Of a DNA stretch of 43,968 nucleotides, positions 25,410 to 33,329 are shown piece by piece; the first letter of the stretch is position 1, and each line of letters opens with the position of its first letter. Source of the stretch: an uncultured Gammaproteobacteria bacterium (GTDB lineage: Bacteria > Patescibacteriota > Patescibacteriia > Patescibacteriales > UBA12075); assembly GCA_964505405.1 (NCBI GenBank), contig CAZDHZ010000002.1, positions 1 through 43,968 on the forward strand, given 5' to 3'. The notes beneath the pieces are model-generated. The model saw only the letters and a list, made by a program, of their open reading frames with translations, had not been told where the DNA came from and ran no database searches. A program made the position numbers and the translations under genes.

Positions 25410-27384
25410 ATTTAAATAAATACTTAAAAATATAAATCTCTCCATCATCAATTTTTTGAAATGAATCTGCTTCCATTCTTGCTTCCTCAATAATTTTAGA
25501 GCTAGCCCACCAATATTTATTAATAACAAAATAAACCGTTTTTACGCCAACCAGATTAGCCGCTTCTAAGGCGGTTTTTTTGTCCGGTTTTTCATAGACC
25601 ATTTTTAAATAATACTGATAAAGTTCTCCTCCTGTTGGAATTGGGTAATAAAAAATGTTATTTTTAAAATATTTTTTAAATCCGAATTGACTAAGCGCAG
25701 CTGCACTTACTTGCTGATTAGCAAGAACTATATAATCTTTTTCGCTATCATTATTTATCCAAAGGCTTGCCTTTAAGTCTGCTTCACTTACCGAATATCC
25801 ATGAGAATTATGATAATGATCAAGGCGAGGATAGGAGGCATAAAGAGAGAAAGTAAGAGCAACGCTTAATAAAATAAAAAATATATATTTAATAATATTA
25901 TTTTGTTTTAATAATTTCTCCGTAAATTTATAAAAACTGAGAATAAAAAAGGGAAGAAGAAAAATAAGGACTAGACTTAAAATTCTATTACTAAAATCAT
26001 CTTGTTCATAACTTATTAAATAATAAAATTGCATGTTTTTTAAAATAAAAAAGGAAGCCAAAAGAGAGATTGCCATGAAAAAATTTAGAAAAATTAAAGA
26101 ACATTCTTTTTTGTATTTGTAGGCTGTAAAAATTCCTAGACCAATAATTAAAATTAATAAAAATTTTAAATTAAATATGTATAAATATAAAAAATTTAAT
26201 ATTAAATTTTCCGAGTTGGGATTTATGAATTTAAAAAAAGAATAAAAATTTTGCAGTAAATTTTGCTTTTGCGTGGATGTTTCAGCGATAGCGCTTACCT
26301 GATTTCCATTTCCGAAGAACATAAAAGCCAGAGGTAAAGAGGCACTATTTAAAATTAAAACAATTCTATAAAGATTCTTTTTAAATTTTAAGTCGGAATG
26401 ATATATGGTAATCAAAAAAGCATAGAATAAGGCGGAAATACCGGCGAGGGGATGAACGGAGAGAGAAGCTAGTGCAAAAAGATAAAGTAGAAATAAATCC
26501 AAATAATTTTTTGACACAAATCCAATCAAAATAGCAAAAATTAAATATAAATATGCTAAATTTTGAGGATTGGATAGCGTCAGAAAAGAAAAAGGAATTA
26601 TAAGAAGCCCCAAAATTGAAAATAAAAATAATTTTTGATTTTTTAACCACTCTCTATTTGCCCTAAAAAGAAGCAGAGGAATATAAAGAGAAGCTAAAAC
26701 AGGTACTAAAAATTTATTTAAAATACTTATGGGAATTAAAGTTATTTTATTTAAAATAATAATTAAAGCGTAATGTCCTAAATAATAAAAGGGTTTAGGA
26801 TCTAAAATTCCCTTTTTCTTAATAAGATCAAGACTGGTATTATGAATAAAATAATCAAAACCGTATCCAATTTTATAAATAATTGCAATTAGGGTAAAAG
26901 AAAGAAAAGCATGTAATATTATTAGAATTAAAGAATATTTTTTCTTAAAATAAATATTTAAAATAATAATAAATCCCAATATAGTATATAAAAGTAGAAA
27001 TGGAAAATTTATTTTTTCCCAAGGAGAAATAATTGCATCGCTAGTTTGAGAATTTATCAATATTATGATTTCTATTAAAAATATTATTACATAAACAAAT
27101 AGTAATACATATTTTTTTAAAAAATTTTGGATTATCTTGTTTTCAAAACTAAAGCCGTTTATTTTTTGCGTTTCAAAATTTAGATAATTATTTAGATTAA
27201 TATTGAATTTTTTACTAAAATAGGGTATTATGAAGATAATTATTTGTGATAAAGCAATAGTCAAGAGGATAGTGAAATTATTTAATTTATAAATTTTATA
27301 TAGAAAAGCCCCTATAATACTAAATAGGGTAAAATTTATTAATAAATAATATATTATTTTAAGTAAATATTTTTTAATCGGCAT
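25408..27384 (-). CDS. Large polytopic membrane protein with C-terminal soluble domain (function unknown)
   Basis: 658-aa ORF, the only long minus-strand gene. More than 12 hydrophobic segments, then a ~130-aa hydrophilic C-terminus. No diagnostic motif recognised. Confidence 0.7.
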   Translation of the reverse strand: MPIKKYLLKIIYYLLINFTLFSIIGAFLYKIYKLNNFTILLTIALSQIIIFIIPYFSKKFNINLNNYLNFETQKINGFSFENKIIQNFLKKYVLLFVYVIIFLIEIIILINSQTSDAIISPWEKINFPFLLLYTILGFIIILNIYFKKKYSLILIILHAFLSFTLIAIIYKIGYGFDYFIHNTSLDLIKKKGILDPKPFYYLGHYALIIILNKITLIPISILNKFLVPVLASLYIPLLLFRANREWLKNQKLFLFSILGLLIIPFSFLTLSNPQNLAYLYLIFAILIGFVSKNYLDLFLLYLFALASLSVHPLAGISALFYAFLITIYHSDLKFKKNLYRIVLILNSASLPLAFMFFGNGNQVSAIAETSTQKQNLLQNFYSFFKFINPNSENLILNFLYLYIFNLKFLLILIIGLGIFTAYKYKKECSLIFLNFFMAISLLASFFILKNMQFYYLISYEQDDFSNRILSLVLIFLLPFFILSFYKFTEKLLKQNNIIKYIFFILLSVALTFSLYASYPRLDHYHNSHGYSVSEADLKASLWINNDSEKDYIVLANQQVSAAALSQFGFKKYFKNNIFYYPIPTGGELYQYYLKMVYEKPDKKTALEAANLVGVKTVYFVINKYWWASSKIIEEARMEADSFQKIDDGEIYIFKYLFK

Positions 27385-27423
27385 AAATTAAAAGAAAATT
27401 ATATATTTATATTAGCATATTTT

Positions 27424-28011
27424 ATGTCAAAAAACAGCTTTGAGAAAGCGGATAAAATATTTTTTCATGATAGATTGCTTGAAGCAAGTATTTTAAAATT
27501 GTTTCCAAAAATTATCAAACCTAACCATATTACGGTTTTTCGGTTTTTGGCAACGCCGATTGTTATTTATTTAATGGCCACACAGCGCTATACCGTTGGT
27601 TTATGCGCTTTTTTAATTACTGCTTTTACTGACGCCTTGGACGGATCAATGGCGAGAACTAGAAATCAAATTACGCAGTGGGGAAGAATTTACGATCCAG
27701 TTGCGGACAAGGTTTTAATTAGCAGTATGGTTTTTATAATTGTTCTTAAATATCTCGATCCTTTAGTTGCATATTTAATTGTATCTATTGAAATTGTAAT
27801 TATCATTACAGCCTGGTTTAGGTTGAGATTTGGTTATAAAGTAGAAGCAAATATCTGGGGAAAGATTAAAATGAATTTACAAGTTATCGGAGTTGCTATT
27901 TTACTTCTATCTATCATTTTTGATTGGGCAGCACTTCTACCTTTCGCTTCTGGCTCTCTTTATATCGCTATCGCTTTTGCAATTGTGAGTCTCTTAACTT
28001 ATGGAATATAG
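27424..28011 (+). CDS. CDP-alcohol phosphatidyltransferase family protein
   Basis: Exact signature D-G-x2-A-R-x8-G-x3-D-x3-D in DALDGSMARTRNQITQWGRIYDPVADK. 195 aa with multiple TM segments. Confidence 0.85.
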   Translation: MSKNSFEKADKIFFHDRLLEASILKLFPKIIKPNHITVFRFLATPIVIYLMATQRYTVGLCAFLITAFTDALDGSMARTRNQITQWGRIYDPVADKVLISSMVFIIVLKYLDPLVAYLIVSIEIVIIITAWFRLRFGYKVEANIWGKIKMNLQVIGVAILLLSIIFDWAALLPFASGSLYIAIAFAIVSLLTYGI

Positions 28012-28012
28012 G

Positions 28013-28091
28013 AAATAAGAATGAAAATAAAAATAAGAGAAATAAGAATATAAATTTCTTATTTCTCTTATTTTTATTTTCATTCTTATTT
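28013..28091. terminator. Perfect 36-bp-stem AT-rich hairpin
   Basis: AAATAAGAATGAAAATAAAAATAAGAGAAATAAGAA (28013-28048) is the exact reverse complement of 28056-28091. The loop is 7 nt. It begins 2 nt after the stop codon. Confidence 0.7.
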
Positions 28092-28151
28092 TTATTAATT
28101 CTTGCCAAATAGATTTATTTATGCTAATCTAAGAGAAATATTTTTGAAAAT

Positions 28152-30068
28152 ATGAATTTAAAAATTAGAAAAATTAGTCCTGTTTTTATAGTTATTATTT
28201 TAGCTCTTGTTTTTTTTATGGGAACAAGTTCTTTTAATTTTTATACGCAGAATTATTCTCCGGATGGATCTAAAGATTTCGTAAAATGGGCGGCGCCTGA
28301 CGAGAGCGCTAATTATATTTTTACAAAACTTTATGCTCAAACGGGAGAGGTGAAAATAACGGAAAATTATAATTTATATACTTCCGATATTATGCACCCT
28401 CGAAGTTTAAGATCTGATCACGGCGATATTAAACCAGTAAGTTTTTTGGGTATTATTTTAATTTTTGGATCTTTGGCTAAATTATTTTCATATAAAATTA
28501 TACCTTTTTTAACACCGTTTTTTGCTTCTCTTGGTATTGTAGCGTTTTATTTTTTAATTAAGAAAATTTTTAATAAGAGCAATGCCTTATTGTCGGCTTT
28601 TCTTTTAGCGTCATTCCCTCCCTATATTTATTATACAACGAGAAGTATGTTCCATAATGTACTATTTACCGTATTATTGCTTTTCGCTTTAACATTTTTA
28701 GTTTATGCATTTCAGAATAAGAAGAAGAGAAAATATTTATTATCAAAAAAAATGAAGGCATCGGATGCCTTCATTTTTTTAAAACGTAAAAAAAAACAAG
28801 CTTCATTGTTTGCTTCCAATAAATTTATTAATAGGCATTTTGATTTTAAAAAAATAAATTATTTAAGTTATTTTTTTATTTCTTTGTCAGGAATATTTTT
28901 GGGATTAGCTATTATTACAAGAAGCTCAGAGCTTTTATGGCTTTTGCCTTTATTTCTTTTTTTGTGGCTTTTTAATATTAAAAAAATAGGATTTTTAAAA
29001 CTTTTAATTTTTTTAGCTTTTGTTTTTATCGCTGTGCTTCCAGCCGGACTTTATAATAAAGTTTTATATGGCGGATATTTTTACGGCGGATATTCAGAAA
29101 TGAATTCTTCTTTAGCTGGGATAACAAGCGCTGGAATGGATTTTATAAAAGCAGTGCCTCAAGCAAGATTAAATGTAGTAGGGGAGACTAGCCAAAAAAT
29201 AAAAGAAATAGTTTTTTATTTTGGTTTGCATCCCAAATTTAGTTTAAAAATGGCTTATGAATATTTCATAAAAATGTTTTGTTGGATTTTCTGGCCAGCG
29301 CTTTTTGGATTCTTAATATTTTTATTTCAAGTTAGAAAATATAAGAAAAGACATTTTGTATATTTAGGAGGATTAATTATCATTTCTTTTATTTTAATTA
29401 TTTATTATGGTAGCTGGGAATTTCATGATAATCCAGATGCTTCTAGACACACAATAGGAAATTCTTATACAAGGTATTGGCTACCGATTTATTTAGGGGC
29501 GCTTCCCTTTGCTTCTTTATTTATTATGCGTTTAACTCGTGCAATAGCTTCTTTAATTTTTAAATTTAAGTCTATAAAATTTTTTCAAAATAGAAAAAAT
29601 AAGAAATTTGTTTTTAATTCTTTGCGGGCGGTGATTATTATATTCTTTTTTTATATTTCCATTAATTTTGTGCTTGCGGGCTCGGAAGAGGGTTTGATTT
29701 TTTTAGCTGAACGTCAGAAACAGAGCAAAGCAGAATGGGAAGAAATTATTAAATTGACCGAAGGAAATTCAACTATTATTACCCGCTATCATGATAAGCT
29801 TTTATTTCCGGAAAGAAAAGTAATCGTCGGACTTTTTGATGATCAAAATATGGTGCAAGAATATGCAAATTTAGTTAAACTTTTGCCTGTTTATTATTAT
29901 AATTTTAGTTTGCCAGAAAAAGATATTAAATATTTAAATCAAAAAAGACTATACGAAGCTGGTTTACAGATTGAGAAAGTTAAGCAGATTACAAGTGATT
30001 TTAGTTTATATAGATTATTTTTAGCTTCAGATAATAAAAAAATCCCGGAAGATGAATTAGCTTTTTAA
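28152..30068 (+). CDS. GT-C fold glycosyltransferase-like membrane protein (ArnT/PMT-like)
   Basis: 638 aa polytopic protein. The first extracytoplasmic loop carries WAAPDESANYIF, resembling the acidic DE motif of GT39/GT83 enzymes. The C-terminal domain is soluble. Confidence 0.55.
   Translation: MNLKIRKISPVFIVIILALVFFMGTSSFNFYTQNYSPDGSKDFVKWAAPDESANYIFTKLYAQTGEVKITENYNLYTSDIMHPRSLRSDHGDIKPVSFLGIILIFGSLAKLFSYKIIPFLTPFFASLGIVAFYFLIKKIFNKSNALLSAFLLASFPPYIYYTTRSMFHNVLFTVLLLFALTFLVYAFQNKKKRKYLLSKKMKASDAFIFLKRKKKQASLFASNKFINRHFDFKKINYLSYFFISLSGIFLGLAIITRSSELLWLLPLFLFLWLFNIKKIGFLKLLIFLAFVFIAVLPAGLYNKVLYGGYFYGGYSEMNSSLAGITSAGMDFIKAVPQARLNVVGETSQKIKEIVFYFGLHPKFSLKMAYEYFIKMFCWIFWPALFGFLIFLFQVRKYKKRHFVYLGGLIIISFILIIYYGSWEFHDNPDASRHTIGNSYTRYWLPIYLGALPFASLFIMRLTRAIASLIFKFKSIKFFQNRKNKKFVFNSLRAVIIIFFFYISINFVLAGSEEGLIFLAERQKQSKAEWEEIIKLTEGNSTIITRYHDKLLFPERKVIVGLFDDQNMVQEYANLVKLLPVYYYNFSLPEKDIKYLNQKRLYEAGLQIEKVKQITSDFSLYRLFLASDNKKIPEDELAF
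28745..28780. repeat. Terminator-like perfect palindrome lying in-frame inside the GT-C gene
   Basis: AAAAAAATGAAGGCATC G GATGCCTTCATTTTTTT shares the AGGCATCGGATGCCT core with 11444-11495. It is translated as KKMKASDAFIFL in a Lys-rich loop. Confidence 0.7.
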
Positions 30069-30197
30069 TTAAATATTTAAATTTTATTCTCAAGACGGTT
30101 TTTGTCGCACACAGAAATCGTTTTTTTGTTTTAGTTCCTTAATTTGAATATTAATCCAAATTAAGGTATAATATAGATAGATTTTATACTTTTCCCC

Positions 30198-33100
30198 ATG
30201 TCACAAAAAGATAAAAAAACTGAGATTATTTATACGGACTCGGATATTAAGGTATCCCGTTTTTTATTGGATTTACCGGCTAAATTTAATGAAGAAATTC
30301 ATGATTTAGCCTCAAAGAAAGAAAAGAAAATATTTAATAAAATTAAAAGTAAGGCTAAAATTTTTAAAGTTCTTAGCTTAAAAAAAAATTTAATTAAAAA
30401 TGCGGGGGATTTTATTAAGAAACAAAAGCTTAAGGGAAAGGAGAAAAAAGAAGTTAAACCTATTTTTTCTGATTATAAATTATTGGGAGAAGCACGAAAG
30501 GAAAAAGAAAAACAAAGTGGGAATATGGAGATCCTGAAACCTGCCCGAAATGCTTCGCATAACGATGTAGGCGGGCAAGTTCAGGATGACAGGGTGGGGA
30601 ATTATTCTGATCTAATAAGTAGAACCGTTAAGCGTGTAGACAAGCAAGATGATGAAAAAAAAATCAATATAGTAAAAAAACAAAAAACCAATAAACATCA
30701 TTACAAAATAAAGCGTTTAGCTTTCTTCCCTTTATTTAAAACCTTATATTTTTTGATTAAAAAAATCGTAATATTTTTAGCTCAAATTTCTCATGGAATG
30801 GGCTGGATTACGGTTTTTTTATTTAGATTTATTTTTATTTTATTTTTTAAAATATTTAAATATATACTTAAATATATATTTTTTTCAAAAAAAACCAAGC
30901 CTAAGAAAAACACTATAAAAATAGATAACAAAAAAATTCAAAAGCAGAGACTTGGTTTTTTTGATATTTTTAAATTTAGAAAAAATAAAAAAACTACAAT
31001 AAATTTTGTTTTAGACAATAAAGATAATAAAAAACAGTTCATACAAGCGAGCAAGATCCTGAAACCCTCCTACGTTGAAACTTCGGAGGACGGGCAAGTT
31101 CAGGATGACAAGGTGGGAATTCAGGATGACAAGATGGGAGTTCAGAGTGAAGTGGGTAATTATAATGAGATGAGAAATAAAGTTGTTAAAAGTGAAAAAA
31201 ATAAAAAAGAAAAGTTATATAAAAAATTTACATACTTTATTTTAAGAAAAAATGAAGTTCAAAAACCTAAAATTAAAAATAGCTTTAAATTTAAAAAATT
31301 AGCTTTTCGTCCGACGCTTGGATTTTTAATGATTCTAATAATTTTTGCCCTACCTTTTAAAGCCTTTACTTATTATAAGGATTTGAATTTATTAAAGGGA
31401 AGAGTGCTTGAGGCTAGCGAGGAGGCTGTTCTAAATATGGTAGAAGGTTCTCGGGGGATTCAGGATAAGAATTTTAATGAGGCTGAATCAGAATTTAAAA
31501 CTGCCGAGGACAATTTTTTAAAAGCACAAGATGAGATAAAAAATTTAAGCTTATTCTTTGGCGTTCTGGGAAATGTTATTCCCAAAAAGGAAATTAAATT
31601 AGCAGGAGAAGCAGATAATATTTTGGAGGCCGGATCTCTAAGCGCGCGGATTGGAATAGATTTAAATGATTTATTATCTGATTTTGATTCTAAGGACATA
31701 AAAGCGGAAAAAATAATTAATTCATTATCAGATAAAACTAAAAGTTTAGAGGAAAATATTCTAAAATTAAATTTAATTATAAATGACATTGATCCTAAAA
31801 TAATACCAGAAGAATATTATGAAGATTTTCAAAATATTCAGGAAAAATTTTCGCTTTTGTCTGGAACGATAAGCGAATTTTCCAAATTAATAAAAGCTTT
31901 AAAAATTTTTAGTGGATTTTATAATGACGAGCGCTATCTTTTAGTTTTTCAAAATAATACGGAGATGCGAGGAAGCGGAGGGTTTATCGGAAGTTATGCT
32001 TTAGCCGATTTGCGCAATGGAGAAATAATCAATCTGGAAATTCCAAAAGGTGGAAGTTATGATACGGAAGGAGGACTTTATGAAAAAATAATTGCTCCCA
32101 AGCCTCTTCATTTAGTTAATCCTCTTTGGCATTTTTGGGATGCTAATTGGTGGCCAGATTGGAGTATGAGTGCTGAAAAATTAATGTGGTTTTATGAAAA
32201 AAGCGGAGGACCAACCGTAGATGGAGTAATTGCATTTACGCCTACTGTTTTAGAGCGTATGCTTGAAATTATTGGTCCTTTGGACATGTCTTTAGAGTAT
32301 GGAAAAATTATTGATGCTCATAATTTTTGGGAAATTACACAGGAAATTGTAGAAGAAAAACCCCGAGAGGAAAAAACAGAAATAAATTCGGGAGAAATAA
32401 AAAATGAACCTAAAAAAATAATAGGGGACATGATGCATGAAATTATTTATAAGCTTAAAGATGGACTTGATAAAGAGAAAATTCTAAGTTTAGCTAATAG
32501 CTTGAACCGAAGCTTGGATGAAAAGCATTTAATGTTTTATTTTAAAGATTCAGAATTAAAAAATATAGCAGAGGATTATGGATGGGATGGTAAAATCAGA
32601 GACAGCTCTGGAGATTATTTGATGGTGGTTAATTCAAATATCGCCGGAGCTAAAAGCGATAAATCTATAAAAGAAGAAATTATGCATCAAAGCGAAGTAC
32701 AGGAGGACGGAAGCATTATTAATACTCTTAAAATAAAAAGGATTCATAATGCAATTAGGGGAACCGATTTTATTGGAGTGCGCAATGTTGACTGGCTACG
32801 CGTTTATGTTCCTTTAGGCTCCGAATTAATCAGCTTTAAGGGGGCTCAAAAACCAGATAAATATTATTTTGAAGATCCTGATATTAGTTGGCAGGAAGAT
32901 GAGGATGTTTTATTAAATGAAGGCCAGGCGCTTACTCATCCGGAAAGTAAAACTAAAATTTATGAAGAAAAAAATAAAACAGTTTTTGCTAATTGGTGTA
33001 TGGTTGATCCCGGAGAGACAATCGAAATTATTATCAGATACAAATTACCATTTAAAATGGAATTTAAAACAGAAGCTAATAATTTTAAAGAAAAAATTGA

Positions 33101-33326
33101 AAAATATTTTAATCCAAATATTAAACCCCTCATCCCGTACTCTATTTTAGTGCAAAAACAGCCCGGATCGCTGGGAAGTAAATTCAGTTCTAAATTAATT
33201 TTATCTAAAAATATGCAGGCGGTCTGGTCCTATCCATCTATCGTAGAAACAGAATACGGAGGATGGAATGTGGAAGATATTTTATTAACTGATAAATACT
33301 ACGCACTTGCTGCGAGTTTAAAATAA
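30198..33326 (+). CDS. DUF4012-like membrane-anchored protein with long Lys-rich N-terminal extension
   Basis: 1042-aa ORF. From about residue 370 there is a TM segment, a coiled-coil-like region, and then FQNNTEMRGSGGFIGSYA, which I recognise as the DUF4012 signature. The N-terminal ~360 aa are low complexity with two repeat-derived inserts. Confidence 0.65.
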   Translation: MSQKDKKTEIIYTDSDIKVSRFLLDLPAKFNEEIHDLASKKEKKIFNKIKSKAKIFKVLSLKKNLIKNAGDFIKKQKLKGKEKKEVKPIFSDYKLLGEARKEKEKQSGNMEILKPARNASHNDVGGQVQDDRVGNYSDLISRTVKRVDKQDDEKKINIVKKQKTNKHHYKIKRLAFFPLFKTLYFLIKKIVIFLAQISHGMGWITVFLFRFIFILFFKIFKYILKYIFFSKKTKPKKNTIKIDNKKIQKQRLGFFDIFKFRKNKKTTINFVLDNKDNKKQFIQASKILKPSYVETSEDGQVQDDKVGIQDDKMGVQSEVGNYNEMRNKVVKSEKNKKEKLYKKFTYFILRKNEVQKPKIKNSFKFKKLAFRPTLGFLMILIIFALPFKAFTYYKDLNLLKGRVLEASEEAVLNMVEGSRGIQDKNFNEAESEFKTAEDNFLKAQDEIKNLSLFFGVLGNVIPKKEIKLAGEADNILEAGSLSARIGIDLNDLLSDFDSKDIKAEKIINSLSDKTKSLEENILKLNLIINDIDPKIIPEEYYEDFQNIQEKFSLLSGTISEFSKLIKALKIFSGFYNDERYLLVFQNNTEMRGSGGFIGSYALADLRNGEIINLEIPKGGSYDTEGGLYEKIIAPKPLHLVNPLWHFWDANWWPDWSMSAEKLMWFYEKSGGPTVDGVIAFTPTVLERMLEIIGPLDMSLEYGKIIDAHNFWEITQEIVEEKPREEKTEINSGEIKNEPKKIIGDMMHEIIYKLKDGLDKEKILSLANSLNRSLDEKHLMFYFKDSELKNIAEDYGWDGKIRDSSGDYLMVVNSNIAGAKSDKSIKEEIMHQSEVQEDGSIINTLKIKRIHNAIRGTDFIGVRNVDWLRVYVPLGSELISFKGAQKPDKYYFEDPDISWQEDEDVLLNEGQALTHPESKTKIYEEKNKTVFANWCMVDPGETIEIIIRYKLPFKMEFKTEANNFKEKIEKYFNPNIKPLIPYSILVQKQPGSLGSKFSSKLILSKNMQAVWSYPSIVETEYGGWNVEDILLTDKYYALAASLK
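30529..30603. repeat. GC-rich repeat half-unit, in-frame copy A
   Basis: AGATCCTGAAACCTGCCCG...CGGGCAAGTTCAGGATGACAGGGTGGGGAATT has the same architecture as the right arm of 19456-19508. Translated as ILKPARNASHNDVGGQVQDDRVGNY. Confidence 0.7.
31054..31160. repeat. GC-rich repeat half-unit, in-frame copy B with triplicated 3' arm
   Basis: AGATCCTGAAACCCTCC...GGAGGACGGGCAAGTTCAGGATGACAAGGTGGGAA followed by TTCAGGATGACAAGATGGGAG and TTCAGAGTGAAGTGGGTAA. Translated as ILKPSYVETSEDGQVQDDKVGIQDDKMGVQSEVGNY. Confidence 0.7.
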
Positions 33327-33329
33327 ATT

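Noticed and set aside
25408-27384. The single minus-strand gene as a recent inversion bounded by inverted repeats
   Set aside because: Only the 25322-25409 end carries a palindrome. The other boundary (27385-27423) shows no matching repeat, so there is no sequence support for site-specific inversion.
27924-28112. 62-aa + strand ORF
   Set aside because: It overlaps the 3' end of the CDP-alcohol transferase gene in another frame and then runs through the 36-bp-stem palindrome. It is low-complexity and has no start context.
30198-31300. N-terminal 360 codons of the 1042-aa ORF as non-coding, with the real start near 31170
   Set aside because: More than 1 kb free of stop codons is very unlikely by chance in sequence this AT-rich, so it was kept as coding. 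The exact start remains uncertain and affects the in-frame repeat interpretation.
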